Source of the DNA: Bdellovibrionales bacterium
GTDB taxonomy: Bacteria; Bdellovibrionota; Bdellovibrionia; Bdellovibrionales; UBA1609
Length of the DNA stretch: 42,408 nt
Direction of reading: 5' to 3'
Assembly: GCA_041690295.1 (NCBI GenBank)
Contig: JAWLHR010000024.1
Location: 1 to 42,408 of the forward strand
Below are positions 28,703 to 38,983 of the stretch, in pieces; the stretch's first letter is position 1; each line of letters starts with the position of its first letter. The translations under genes were made by a program, and so were the position numbers. A model generated the notes under the pieces. The model was not told where the DNA came from. It searched no databases and was given only the letters and a program-made list of their open reading frames with translations.

Positions 28703-29293
28703 TTATCGCCGAGCTACGGAAAACTCATAGTGAATCTCCGGGCCGGTGACCGTGACGTGGTCGCCATCCTTTAAGGGGCCGACGCCTTCGGGTGTTCCGG
28801 TGAAAAGCAGGTCGCCCTCACAAACCGGAAACCATTTTTGCACATCCTGTAAGAGAAATTCCGGGTTCCAGCGCATATCTTTGCCCATTCCGGATTGGCG
28901 GACTTCGCCATTGACCGAAAGGGAAAATTTCTTTTCCAGGAGCGGGTGATAATCATCGATCTCCCGCCACGGTCCGAGGATGCATGAGTTGCGAAAAACT
29001 TTGGCGATCTCCCAGGGCAGGCCGGATTTTTTTTGCCGCGCCTGAATGTCCCTTAAGGTCAAATCCAAGCCGATGGTGTAACGGCTGAGCCGGCCCGCGC
29101 TGATTTCAAAAACCAATTCCACTTCGTGATGAACTTCACCTGTTCCCGGCAAAGTCACGACTTCGCCGGACTTTTGGACGGTGTGAATGGTGCTCGGCGG
29201 TTTCAAAAAATAAACCGGTTGCTCCGGAACCGCGTCGCCCAATTCGCGTGCGTGCTTTAAATAGTTTTTTCCTACGCAGATGACTTTATCCAT
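28703..29293 (-). CDS. Fumarylacetoacetate hydrolase family protein (FAHD1/YcgM-like)
   Basis: CVGKNY..H, FLKP, HHEVEL, DLTLRD, TGTPEGVG. Confidence 0.93.
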   Translation of the reverse strand: MDKVICVGKNYLKHARELGDAVPEQPVYFLKPPSTIHTVQKSGEVVTLPGTGEVHHEVELVFEISAGRLSRYTIGLDLTLRDIQARQKKSGLPWEIAKVFRNSCILGPWREIDDYHPLLEKKFSLSVNGEVRQSGMGKDMRWNPEFLLQDVQKWFPVCEGDLLFTGTPEGVGPLKDGDHVTVTGPEIHYEFSVARR

Positions 29294-29328
29294 GGCTCGC
29301 GGTTATCCTACCTCAAGCAGGAGGAGGC

Positions 29329-30261
29329 GTGAAAGTTAAACCTGTGGAACCCGGCGATATCGTGGATGTGATCGCGCCGGCCAGCCGTTGTTCGCCAAAG
29401 GAACTGCAAAACAGTTTGCGGTTTGTCATGTCCCTGGGGCTCAGACCGCGCATGCACGGCCGCTTATTCGCCCGCGAAAAATTAATCTTCGCCAACTCCG
29501 ATCAAGAGCGTCTGATTCAGCTCAAAAAAGCATTGTACGCGCCGGATTCACGAATGGTTTGGTGCGTGCGGGGCGGTTACGGCGCGATTCGTTTAATGCC
29601 CGAAATTTTGAAATGGAAGAAACCGAGCCAGCCTAAGATTTTTTTAGGCTACAGTGACATCACCACTCTCCATGCCCACTTGAATCAAAAATGGAAGTGG
29701 CCGACGATTCACGGGCCGTTGCTTGAACGGGCGGGCAGCGGGCGCATGGACGCTAAAGAGAAAAAGACTTTACTCGGACTGATTTTCGGAAGTTTGAACG
29801 AGGTTCGCTTCGAATCACTGCAACCATTGAATAAAGCGGCTCGGAAATCCGGAGTGATTCGTGCCACGGTCCATGGCGGGAACATGGCGACGCTGCAATC
29901 CAGTCTCGGAACACCCGCGGCGTTCAAACCGCAAAAACAGATTCTGTTTTTAGAAGATACAGGCGAATGGCCCCATCGGGTGGATCGCATGCTCACCCAA
30001 TTCCAGCAGGCGGGTTGGTTCAATGGCGTCAAGGCCGTGGTCTTCGGCCATTTTCTTTTGAATGATCGTAAGGCCCGCCGGGGACTTTGGCAGGAAGTCA
30101 TCCCGCGCTTCGCGCAGTCGGTAAAGATCCCGGTCCTCAAGGGTCTTCCGGTGGGACATGATCCGAAAGTTCAGATACCACTGCCATTCAACACCACGGC
30201 TGTTTTGAAAACGGGATCCGCGCCCGAACTTAGGGTTCAATCGGGAATAATAAGCCAGTGA
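29329..30261 (+). CDS. LD-carboxypeptidase, peptidase S66 (LdcA-like)
   Basis: IAPAS, RGGYG, nucleophile GYSDIT, FLEDTGE and PVGH catalytic residues. Confidence 0.93.
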   Translation: MKVKPVEPGDIVDVIAPASRCSPKELQNSLRFVMSLGLRPRMHGRLFAREKLIFANSDQERLIQLKKALYAPDSRMVWCVRGGYGAIRLMPEILKWKKPSQPKIFLGYSDITTLHAHLNQKWKWPTIHGPLLERAGSGRMDAKEKKTLLGLIFGSLNEVRFESLQPLNKAARKSGVIRATVHGGNMATLQSSLGTPAAFKPQKQILFLEDTGEWPHRVDRMLTQFQQAGWFNGVKAVVFGHFLLNDRKARRGLWQEVIPRFAQSVKIPVLKGLPVGHDPKVQIPLPFNTTAVLKTGSAPELRVQSGIISQ

Positions 30262-31307
30262 ACACGTTTGAGAAAAAGCTGAAAAGAAGAATCGATGAGC
30301 AGGTTCCGGATTTAAGCGCCGTCACACCGGGGGTGGTGGTGGGTGCCTGGCGGGCCGGTCGTTTGAAGGGTGTGGTCCGGTTGGGGAAGACCTACACTTA
30401 TTACGACCTCGCTTCACTCACCAAAATTCTATTTACCGCTTCCGCCTGCATGCACCACTTTTCGGAGAATCGGTCGCGAATCAGGCGACCGATCAGCGAG
30501 ATCCTTGAGGATTGGAAACTTAAGGCCACGCCGTTTTCACTCCTTACACACACGGCAGGCCTTGAATGGTGGCTGCCCATGTACCAGAAACTCAAGGGGC
30601 CGGTGGATCCCGAATCCCGCTGGCGTCAATTGGAAGCTCACCTGGCCAAGCTGAAAGCGAAACGCCGAAAAAAAGCGGTTTATTCCGATCCGGATTTATG
30701 GGTGATGGGCGCTTATCTGAGCCGGGCGACCCGGATGAGCTTGCATGATCTTTGGCTCAAAACCGCGGATCGCATCGGCGTTCAAGATTTGTTTTTTCAT
30801 CCGGGCAACAAACCGCTCAATCGCAAAGAACTTTATGCGCCGACGGAGAAATGCGATTGGCGCGGACGAACGCTCCAAGGCGAAGTGCACGATGAAAATT
30901 GCTGGGCCTTCGGTGGTGTTTCGTCCCATGCGGGATTGTTTGGAACCTTGGAAGGTGTGGCGGATTGGGGATTGGCTTTACGGAAGGCTTATCGGGGTGA
31001 CTCTAAAAAATTCGGCGATCCGGATCTGGTTCGGTATTTCACGGGACGGCGAATTCCGCGCGAGATCGGTGATTGGGGTCTCGGCTTCATGAAACCGTCC
31101 CGGCCGCGATCCAGTTGCGGACGCCGGTTTTCACTGCGATCCTTCGGGCACACGGGGTTCACTGGAACTTCGTTTTGGTTCGATCCCAAAGAGGATTTGA
31201 TGGTCATCATACTGAGCAACCGGGTTCACCCGACACGGGAGAATAACGCCTTTGTGAGTTTACGGCCGCGGATTCATGATTGGGTTCGTGAATCATTGGA
31301 AAACTAA
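30258..31307 (+). CDS. Beta-lactamase-fold serine hydrolase (AmiE/YbbE-like)
   Basis: DLASLTK (SxxK), LLTHTAGL, YSD, GEVHDEN, HAGLF, GHTGFTGT, SNRVHP. No signal peptide. Confidence 0.9.
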   Translation: MNTFEKKLKRRIDEQVPDLSAVTPGVVVGAWRAGRLKGVVRLGKTYTYYDLASLTKILFTASACMHHFSENRSRIRRPISEILEDWKLKATPFSLLTHTAGLEWWLPMYQKLKGPVDPESRWRQLEAHLAKLKAKRRKKAVYSDPDLWVMGAYLSRATRMSLHDLWLKTADRIGVQDLFFHPGNKPLNRKELYAPTEKCDWRGRTLQGEVHDENCWAFGGVSSHAGLFGTLEGVADWGLALRKAYRGDSKKFGDPDLVRYFTGRRIPREIGDWGLGFMKPSRPRSSCGRRFSLRSFGHTGFTGTSFWFDPKEDLMVIILSNRVHPTRENNAFVSLRPRIHDWVRESLEN

Positions 31308-31360
31308 CGCAATGTTATAGTGATTGCGACGGCAACCGGCGCACGATTACAATTGAAATC

Positions 31361-32770
31361 ATGGAGAAGTTGTCCCCTGGCGCGCATGTGCACTTCATCG
31401 GAATTTGCGGAACGGCGATGGCGTCGCTCGCCGGAATTCTGAAACAGCAGGGTTTCAAGATCACGGGGAGTGATCAAAATGTATATCCGCCGATGTCGAC
31501 CCAGCTGGCGAACCTGGGGATCCCCATTCAATCGGGCTTTAAAGGTGAGAACCTAACCCCTCGGCCCGATCTCGTGATCGTCGGTAATGTGATTTCGCGA
31601 TCCAACCCCGAGGCGCAAGCCTTATTGGCCACGGATATTCCCTACACCAGTTTGCCAAAAGCCCTTGGCGAATTCGTGATTGGAAAACGGGACAGCTTTG
31701 TGGTGGCCGGCACTCATGGAAAGACCACGACGACGTCGCTTTTGGCGTGGGTGTGTGATCAGGTGGGTTTGCAGCCTGGATTTTTGATCGGCGGAATCCC
31801 GTTGAATTACGATCTTTCGTTTCGTCCACCAAAAGCCAACGCCTTTGTGATCGAGGGCGATGAATACGACACCGCGTTCTTCGATAAAGTGCCTAAGTTC
31901 ATTCATTATCGGCCGAAGCATGTGATCCTCACTTCGATTGAATTTGACCACGCCGACATTTATCGCGACTTGGATCATGTGAAATCGGCGTTCAAATCCC
32001 TGATGGAATTGATTCCATCCGACGGGACTCTGGTTTACAACGCCGACGACGAGAACATTCGCGGTCTCTTGCCTCTTTGCAAAGGCAAGAAGGTCGGCTA
32101 CGGAATGTCGTTCGGCGATTATCGTTTCGTGGATCGGGAAATCGTGCAGGGGCGCAACCAATTCACGGTCATGCGCGGGGCGGACCGCATCGCCGATCTG
32201 GCACTTAAAATTTTTGGACTGCACAACACACTGAACGCGCTCGCTGTTTTTGCCTTGGCGGACACTTTGCAATTTCCCCGCGTCAAGGTGCTTCAGGCGA
32301 TGGCCGATTTCAAGGGCGTGAAACGGCGGCAGGAGATTTTGGGTGAAGTGAACGGCATCACGGTGATGGAAGATTTCGCCCATCATCCCACGGCCGTGGA
32401 ATTAACCATCGATTGCGTTCGGGAGCGCTATCCGGGTCGGCGCTTGTTCGCGGTTTTTGAACCGCGTTCGGCCACTTCACGGCGCAATGTTTTTCAAAAA
32501 GATTATGTGCGCGCCTTTGGTCGGGCTGATGCGATCTTCGCGGCTCAGCCTTATGACCAGAGTAAGATCGCGGATAACGAACGGTTTTCCACCGATCAAT
32601 TGATCACGGATTTGCGAAATCTGGGCAAAATCGCGGAAACCGCGAAGGACGTCGACGGGCTTGTCGCACGCATGAAAGCCCATGCCCGGCCCAAGGACGT
32701 AATCCTCGTTATGTCGAACGGCGGGTTTGACGGTATCTATCAGAAATTACTGCAGCAACTCTCGTCCTAG
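31361..32770 (+). CDS. mpl: Murein tripeptide ligase
   Basis: HFIGICGTAM, YPPMS, AGTHGKTTT, EGDEYDTAFFDK, DFAHHP, EPRS, MSNGGF. Confidence 0.95.
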   Translation: MEKLSPGAHVHFIGICGTAMASLAGILKQQGFKITGSDQNVYPPMSTQLANLGIPIQSGFKGENLTPRPDLVIVGNVISRSNPEAQALLATDIPYTSLPKALGEFVIGKRDSFVVAGTHGKTTTTSLLAWVCDQVGLQPGFLIGGIPLNYDLSFRPPKANAFVIEGDEYDTAFFDKVPKFIHYRPKHVILTSIEFDHADIYRDLDHVKSAFKSLMELIPSDGTLVYNADDENIRGLLPLCKGKKVGYGMSFGDYRFVDREIVQGRNQFTVMRGADRIADLALKIFGLHNTLNALAVFALADTLQFPRVKVLQAMADFKGVKRRQEILGEVNGITVMEDFAHHPTAVELTIDCVRERYPGRRLFAVFEPRSATSRRNVFQKDYVRAFGRADAIFAAQPYDQSKIADNERFSTDQLITDLRNLGKIAETAKDVDGLVARMKAHARPKDVILVMSNGGFDGIYQKLLQQLSS

Positions 32771-32785
32771 ACCGAAAAGAATTCG

Positions 32786-33709
32786 ATGCTACCGCTCACG
32801 AAAACGGATGCCAAATCGCCGTTGCAACCGGTTTTGGATCTTCTGGACTCCGTCATATTGGGGAAGCCCGAACAAGTGCGCCTTTCGCTGGCTTGCGTGC
32901 TGGCGCGCGGTCATCTTTTGGTGGAAGACGTTCCGGGTGTCGGAAAAACCACTTTGGTTCGAGCGTTGGCCCGCGTGTTGGGCTTGGAAACCACCCGGGT
33001 TCAGTTCACCAATGACCTACTTCCCGCGGACATTCTGGGCACCGCGATTTTTGATCCGAATAACCGCTCGTTTCATTTTCATCCCGGTCCGATTTTCACC
33101 AACGTGCTCATCGCGGATGAATTGAACCGGGGAACTCCGCGCACGCAGAGCGCGTTTCTTCAGGCGATGGAAGAGCGTCTTGTCTCGCAAGACGGAGTCA
33201 CGCGCGATCTGCCCACACCGTTTTTCGTGGTGGCCACCCAAAACCCCCGTGAGCAAATCGGAACTTATCCTCTGCCGGAATCCCAGTTGGACCGGTTTTT
33301 AATGCGCATTCATATGGGATTTCCGTCACCTGAGGCGGAGGTTGAGCTTTTGAAGGGCAATCGCCGAAAGCAGGAAGACCTATCGCCGATCCTCAATCAG
33401 GCGGAAGTTTTGCGGCTTCAGGACGTGGTGGATATGGTGCATTGCTCGGACCTGATTTTGTCCTTCGTGCAAAGAATTTTGACTCACAGTCGGGGACTTC
33501 GCGCTGATTTCTCAGGACTGTCTCCGCGCGCCGGTCTCGCGATACTGGCGGCGAGCCGGGCTTGGGCTTTCTTGGCGGGCCGGGATTTTGTCTTACCGGA
33601 AGACGTACAAAGCGTGGCCCCTTGGGTCATCAATCACCGTATGCGTTTTCCGACCACGACCGCCTACGCTCAGGCCAAGGAGTTCGTCTTAAGTCTTCCG
33701 GCGGAGTAA
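32786..33709 (+). CDS. MoxR-family AAA+ ATPase
   Basis: EDVPGVGKT, RVQFTNDLLPAD, DELNR, ATQNP, LPESQLDRF. Confidence 0.95.
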   Translation: MLPLTKTDAKSPLQPVLDLLDSVILGKPEQVRLSLACVLARGHLLVEDVPGVGKTTLVRALARVLGLETTRVQFTNDLLPADILGTAIFDPNNRSFHFHPGPIFTNVLIADELNRGTPRTQSAFLQAMEERLVSQDGVTRDLPTPFFVVATQNPREQIGTYPLPESQLDRFLMRIHMGFPSPEAEVELLKGNRRKQEDLSPILNQAEVLRLQDVVDMVHCSDLILSFVQRILTHSRGLRADFSGLSPRAGLAILAASRAWAFLAGRDFVLPEDVQSVAPWVINHRMRFPTTTAYAQAKEFVLSLPAE

Positions 33710-33712
33710 ACC

Positions 33713-34645
33713 ATGTTCAAATCGTGGCGACGAAAATGGATTCGCTACAACCGGATTTACATCATTCCCACGTGGGGCGGTCTGATGTTTCTTGGCGCGA
33801 TCGGCGTGCTCATTCTCACGGCCGCGACCTACAATAACAATCTCATTTATCTGCTCGCCTTTTTCATGTTCGCCGTGTTCATCGTGTCCATGATTCAGAC
33901 CCATTACAATCTCAAAGGCGTGCGGGTGAGATTTCGCTCGAGCGATGAAACGTTCGAGGAGGCGGAACTGGCCATCTGGTGTGAGATCACTCAGTCGCGC
34001 TCACGATACAAAACGCAGCTGCAACTGCGCGCGGATTCGGAAAAATTCGTGTCACTGGAGTCGCCAAAGCACGCGCTCAGTCCGGAAGAAACCACCAAAT
34101 TGGTCAAGGTTCCCGTGCGCGCTCCGAAGATGGGCTTGCATGAGCTCCCGGATTTTATTTTGGAGACTTCATATCCGCTGGGTTTATTTCGCGCGTGGAA
34201 GGTTTTTCGCTTTGAAGGGAAAATCGTGGTCTATCCCAAGCCGCAATACAGCCGCCTTCTCACCGCTAAAGGGGATCTGTCGGGCCGGGAAGCGCTGGCC
34301 CTGAGAACATCTCCGGATGGCGATTTCGGGGAACTCAAAGATTATTTGATGGGCGAGTCCTACCGGCAGATCGCATGGAAACATTATGCGCGAACGGGCG
34401 AGCTGTTCACCAAGGTTCACTGGGGGCAGGATCATAAGCATTATGAAATTCCATGGATCGGTGAAAAACCGGATCTCGAAACGAATCTGCGGCTCATGAG
34501 CTCGTGGATTCAAATCGCGCTGGGTGAAAACGCCACCTTCGAAATGCACACACCGGATTTCACGATTGAATCTGGGAGCGGTCTGGATCAGGCCCGCCGG
34601 TGCTGGCGAGCCTTGGCCGAAATCAAATCCAGGGTGGCCGCATGA
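33713..34645 (+). CDS. DUF58 domain membrane protein
   Basis: N-terminal TM pair with YNNNL, YPLGLFRAW, VVYP, and the DUF58 motif LKDY..GES.RQIAWK. Follows MoxR. Confidence 0.88.
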   Translation: MFKSWRRKWIRYNRIYIIPTWGGLMFLGAIGVLILTAATYNNNLIYLLAFFMFAVFIVSMIQTHYNLKGVRVRFRSSDETFEEAELAIWCEITQSRSRYKTQLQLRADSEKFVSLESPKHALSPEETTKLVKVPVRAPKMGLHELPDFILETSYPLGLFRAWKVFRFEGKIVVYPKPQYSRLLTAKGDLSGREALALRTSPDGDFGELKDYLMGESYRQIAWKHYARTGELFTKVHWGQDHKHYEIPWIGEKPDLETNLRLMSSWIQIALGENATFEMHTPDFTIESGSGLDQARRCWRALAEIKSRVAA

Positions 34646-36582
34646 ACGCCAAACTGAAGTCGTTGAACATTCCATTGATTCTTCTTCTGGTTTTTAACTT
34701 GCTGCCGAGCATGGCCCTGCGGCCGGTGTGGTTTGTGGCCATGGCCGGGGTGTTTCTTGGCTATCGGATGTGGCTGGATTGGGGGAATCGGCGCATGCCC
34801 CCTCGCTGGGTCTTGCTCCTGGCCCAAGTCGTGATCGCCTTCGCCGTGTGGGAACATTACCAGTCGCTTTTCGGAGATGAAGCGGCGGGCACGTGGCTCG
34901 CGCTACTGGCGTGCTTGAAGCTTTATGAGCTCCGGCGTGACCGGGATTACCTCATGCTCGTCATACTTTGTTTTCTGGTTCTGATGAGCGGACTTTTGTT
35001 GGATCAATCCTTACTGATGGGCATTCATCTTCTGCTCGCGTGTCTGGCCAATGTGGGTTTCCTCTATGCGCTTCAAGAAGGATTTTGGAAGTGGTCGAAC
35101 TGGAAAAAGAATCTGCGCCGGCCGCTTGGCATCTTTTTTCGTTCAGTGCCGTTGATCGCTTTGGTCTTTGTTCTCTTTCCGCGTTTTTCCACGGGGTTTG
35201 GCTCATCATCCAATGTCAAAGCCAAAACCGGGATCAACGACCGCCTTCATCCCCAATCCGTTTCGTCGCTCAGTCCAAGTGATGAGTTGGTTTTTCGTGC
35301 CACTTTTTTCAGCGGCATCATTCCCGCGCGGCAAACGCTTTACTGGCGAGGCGCGGTTTTGGACAAGGGGAACGGGTTAGTTTGGGAGCGGGCGGATAAA
35401 TCCGTGTCGCGCGCCCCCGTGCGAACGGAAAGTACGGATGAGGCGATTGAAATTTATCTTGAACCGGGATGGGACCGATTCCTATTCACCCTCGAGAACA
35501 CCGAGGCCATCGCGCTTCCGGACGAACCCATTCGAAAGCCATTGCTGATGCGGAACGGATTCATCTTCGAATGGGCGCACCCTCTCCAGACGCGCCAGAG
35601 ATATTTTTTGCGCGTGGGCGACGTGCGACCGACGGAAACGGAAGACCTGTACCCCTACCTGGAAGTGGCCGAGCCCAGTCCGGAACTGGCGGAGTTTCTG
35701 ACGCCGTTTAAAGCCATGCGGGAAGATGAGGCGGTGCGAGCGCTCATGCATGTCTTTCAGGATGGCGGGTTTCAATATTCGTTGGAACCTCCTCGGGTCG
35801 AGACCATGGAAGACTTCCTGTTTCGCACCAAAATCGGTTTTTGTGAGCATTTCGCGGCGACGCTCGCCACTTTGCTTCGGCATCTAAAGATCCCTTCACG
35901 GGTCGTTGTCGGCTTTCAAGGCGGCACGCCAAGTTTGCTGGAGAATTACATCACAGTGCGAGCTTATGACGCCCACGCTTGGGTTGAATATTACGATCGC
36001 GATGTCAAACGTTGGCGGCGATTGGACCCGACGGCGCAGGTCGCCCCCATCCGAATCAGTTCCGGTGGCCAGATTTTCGCCAATGAAGCTTTGCCCGCTT
36101 GGATGCCGAATTTCTTGACGCGAATTTATCGTAAACACCAAACTATCGTGGATGAAGTGGAAGCCGCGTGGATCAGCTTTTTGTTGCGATTCGATCTCGC
36201 CCGGCAGAAAGAACTTTTGGCCCGTTTCGGAATGGATGAGGTCTTGTTCCGGGCCTTGCCGGTCTTTTTACTTCTCGCGATTTTGCTGGTTCTCGCGTTC
36301 TTGTATTTCCTTGAAGCGCAACGGCGTGAACCATTGCCGGCGGAAGAGAAACTTTACCGGCTCTTTTTGCGCACACTTAAAAAGCGCCGGATCACTAAAA
36401 CCCCCAATGAGGGACCGATGAGTTTAATGGCGCGGATCGAAAAAACCGATCCGCGGTTGGCCGCCGCCTGCCGGCCGATTCTCATCGATCTTGTCAATTC
36501 CCGTTATGGCCGGTTGAAACTGAGCTCCGCCGATTTAAAACGGCTTAAGTGGCAACTGCGGTCATTGCGTAAAATCGCATAA
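34642..36582 (+). CDS. DUF3488-transglutaminase protein (TgpA-like)
   Basis: Multiple N-terminal TM helices, FVLFPR, LYWRG, and the triad motifs GFCEHFA / AHAWVE / LDPT. Confidence 0.92.
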   Translation: MNAKLKSLNIPLILLLVFNLLPSMALRPVWFVAMAGVFLGYRMWLDWGNRRMPPRWVLLLAQVVIAFAVWEHYQSLFGDEAAGTWLALLACLKLYELRRDRDYLMLVILCFLVLMSGLLLDQSLLMGIHLLLACLANVGFLYALQEGFWKWSNWKKNLRRPLGIFFRSVPLIALVFVLFPRFSTGFGSSSNVKAKTGINDRLHPQSVSSLSPSDELVFRATFFSGIIPARQTLYWRGAVLDKGNGLVWERADKSVSRAPVRTESTDEAIEIYLEPGWDRFLFTLENTEAIALPDEPIRKPLLMRNGFIFEWAHPLQTRQRYFLRVGDVRPTETEDLYPYLEVAEPSPELAEFLTPFKAMREDEAVRALMHVFQDGGFQYSLEPPRVETMEDFLFRTKIGFCEHFAATLATLLRHLKIPSRVVVGFQGGTPSLLENYITVRAYDAHAWVEYYDRDVKRWRRLDPTAQVAPIRISSGGQIFANEALPAWMPNFLTRIYRKHQTIVDEVEAAWISFLLRFDLARQKELLARFGMDEVLFRALPVFLLLAILLVLAFLYFLEAQRREPLPAEEKLYRLFLRTLKKRRITKTPNEGPMSLMARIEKTDPRLAAACRPILIDLVNSRYGRLKLSSADLKRLKWQLRSLRKIA

Positions 36583-36622
36583 CTCCATTGACCGCTGACG
36601 CATCTCACGGTACCGCCTTTTT

Positions 36623-38983
36623 ATGGGGACAAAATTAACACCATTGATGCAGCAATATTGGGAGATCAAATCCCAACACACCGATAAAATTGTACTTTTC
36701 CGCATGGGCGATTTCTTTGAAATGTTCCATGAGGATGCGGAAACGGCGGCACCGATTCTCAACATCGCCCTCACACAGAGAAATAAAAAAGACAGTGAAT
36801 CGGCGAAAATGTGTGGCGTGCCCCACCATAGCATCGCCGGACCGATCGGCAAATTGCTCGCCGCCGGACTTAAAGTCGCGATCTGTGATCAAATTGAAGA
36901 TCCCGCGCAAGCCAAAGGCATCGTTAAGCGCGCGGTCACCAGGGTTTTGACTCCGGGAATGGTTTATGACCCCGACACGCTGGATGAACTCAAGGCGCAC
37001 TATCTTGGTGCTTACAATGAATCGCAAGTGGCGGTGGTCGACGTATCGACGGGCGAAGCTTTAATTTATGATGCCGAAACCGCTCACGAGCGCGACGAAC
37101 TTCTCGCCCTATTGCAACCGGCGGAGCTGGTCACGGATCCGGCGGACCTCGAACCGGGTGAGCGGCTTCTGGCCTACATTGAAAAAATGCAAGGTCCCGA
37201 AACCCGCGCCTCGATCCGGCCGTTTGAACGCCGGGTTCGGCGTGGCGGACTTCGCATGAGCGCCACGACGGTCAATCACCTTGAGCTTTTAACCAACATG
37301 CGTGGCGGACGCGAGGGAACTCTTTTTCAAGCCATCAACCGCACCCGCACCTCCAACGGCGCGCGAATGCTTCGCAGTTGGTTGCTTTGGCCGCTCACCG
37401 ATTTGGATGAGATTCTTGCCAGGCAAAAGGAAATTGGATTTTGGGTCGAGCGTCCGGCGGAACTCAAAAATTTTCGAGAGGTCTTGGGGCAGCTGGGTGA
37501 TGTGGAACGGCGAATCGGTAAAGTGCACTCGAGCACATTCAACGCCCGGGACTTGCGCGCCATCGCCCAATCCATTTTGTCCGGCGAAAGACTATTTTCT
37601 CTTCATCCGAACCCTGGGTCACGGGAGGGTTTGGAAGAATGCGTGAAACTGGCCTCGGACATTGACCGGCTGCTGAATGAGGAACTGCCCCTGACGGTGA
37701 AAGAAGGTGGGTTGATCAAAGAAGGCGTGATCCCCGAGTTGGATGAGTTGATGGCGCTTTCCAAAGACATGCAGAACCTGCTTTTGGATTTGGAAAAGCG
37801 CGAGAAAGAACTCACCGGCATCCCCTCATTGAAAGTGCGCTATAACGGCGTGTTCGGATTTTATATTGAGCTGACGAAGAGTCATGCCCATAAAGCGCCG
37901 TCGCATTACATGCGCAAGCAAACGTTGACCAATGCCGAGCGCTTCACCACCGACGAGTTGGCCAAAATTGAAGAGAAAGTCCTTTCCGCTCGCGCCAAAC
38001 GCGATCAGATGGAATTTGAAATTTACAACGGTCTTCGCGAGCAGGTGATCCGGCTGACGCCGCACTTGATGAATCTCGCGCGAACGTGGAGCCGGTGGGA
38101 TGTCCTTGCCGGGCTTGCCTGGTTGGCGCTCGAGCGAAAGTATCAACCGCCAAGTTTCACCAATACCGGCGGGATGATCATTGAACTTGGCCGCCATGCG
38201 GTGGTGGAGCAAACCCTGGGCTCGCGTTTTGTTCCGAATTCGATTCGCCTTGGAGGCGGTGAAGCGCTTTTATTGACCGGCCCCAATATGGCGGGAAAAA
38301 GCACATTGATGCGGCAAGTGGCGTTGATGGCGATCTTGGCGCAGATTGGATCTTTTGTGCCCGCGGAGTCGGCGACGTTACCGATTTTCGACCAAATTTT
38401 CACTCGGATCGGAGCGAGTGATGCCCTCAATGAGGGGCTAAGTACCTTCATGGTGGAAATGAAGGAAACCGCTGAAATTTTAAAACGGGTGACCTCTTCA
38501 AGTCTGGTGATCATGGATGAAATCGGGCGGGGCACATCGACCTATGATGGACTTTCTCTCGCCCAGGCCATTCTCGAATATCTGATTTCCGAAAAGCGGC
38601 CTTATTTGTTGTTCGCCACCCATTACCAGGAGCTCACACCTCTTTCCGCGATTTATCCGCAGCTTCACAACGCGCACATGGCGGTCCAGGAGAAAGGCGG
38701 GAAAATCGAATTCCTGCACACCCTGATGCAAGGGGCGGCCAGCCGCTCCTACGGAATTCACGTCGCCAAACTCGCGGGTCTTCCGTTCACGGTGACATCC
38801 AGAGCCCAGACTCTCTTAAGCGGATTCGAAAACGCGCCTCGGGGCGGGGAACAGATGTTATTGACTCCGACCGCTCCCGAACATCCTTGGCTCAATGAAA
38901 TCCGCGAGTTAAATTTGAGCCAGATGACGCCGCTTCAAGCGCTGAATAAATTATTTGAATGGCAATCCGAAGTTTCCTCCTAG
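36623..38983 (+). CDS. mutS: DNA mismatch repair protein MutS
   Basis: TPLMQQY, FRMGDFFEMF, TGPNMAGKST, STFMVEM, DEIGRGTST, SYGIHVA, C-terminal TPLQAL. Confidence 0.97.
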   Translation: MGTKLTPLMQQYWEIKSQHTDKIVLFRMGDFFEMFHEDAETAAPILNIALTQRNKKDSESAKMCGVPHHSIAGPIGKLLAAGLKVAICDQIEDPAQAKGIVKRAVTRVLTPGMVYDPDTLDELKAHYLGAYNESQVAVVDVSTGEALIYDAETAHERDELLALLQPAELVTDPADLEPGERLLAYIEKMQGPETRASIRPFERRVRRGGLRMSATTVNHLELLTNMRGGREGTLFQAINRTRTSNGARMLRSWLLWPLTDLDEILARQKEIGFWVERPAELKNFREVLGQLGDVERRIGKVHSSTFNARDLRAIAQSILSGERLFSLHPNPGSREGLEECVKLASDIDRLLNEELPLTVKEGGLIKEGVIPELDELMALSKDMQNLLLDLEKREKELTGIPSLKVRYNGVFGFYIELTKSHAHKAPSHYMRKQTLTNAERFTTDELAKIEEKVLSARAKRDQMEFEIYNGLREQVIRLTPHLMNLARTWSRWDVLAGLAWLALERKYQPPSFTNTGGMIIELGRHAVVEQTLGSRFVPNSIRLGGGEALLLTGPNMAGKSTLMRQVALMAILAQIGSFVPAESATLPIFDQIFTRIGASDALNEGLSTFMVEMKETAEILKRVTSSSLVIMDEIGRGTSTYDGLSLAQAILEYLISEKRPYLLFATHYQELTPLSAIYPQLHNAHMAVQEKGGKIEFLHTLMQGAASRSYGIHVAKLAGLPFTVTSRAQTLLSGFENAPRGGEQMLLTPTAPEHPWLNEIRELNLSQMTPLQALNKLFEWQSEVSS

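Noticed and set aside
30258..31307. Antibiotic-resistance beta-lactamase
   Set aside because: No signal peptide, YSD/GHTG motif variants, and a peptidoglycan-recycling context favour a housekeeping hydrolase.
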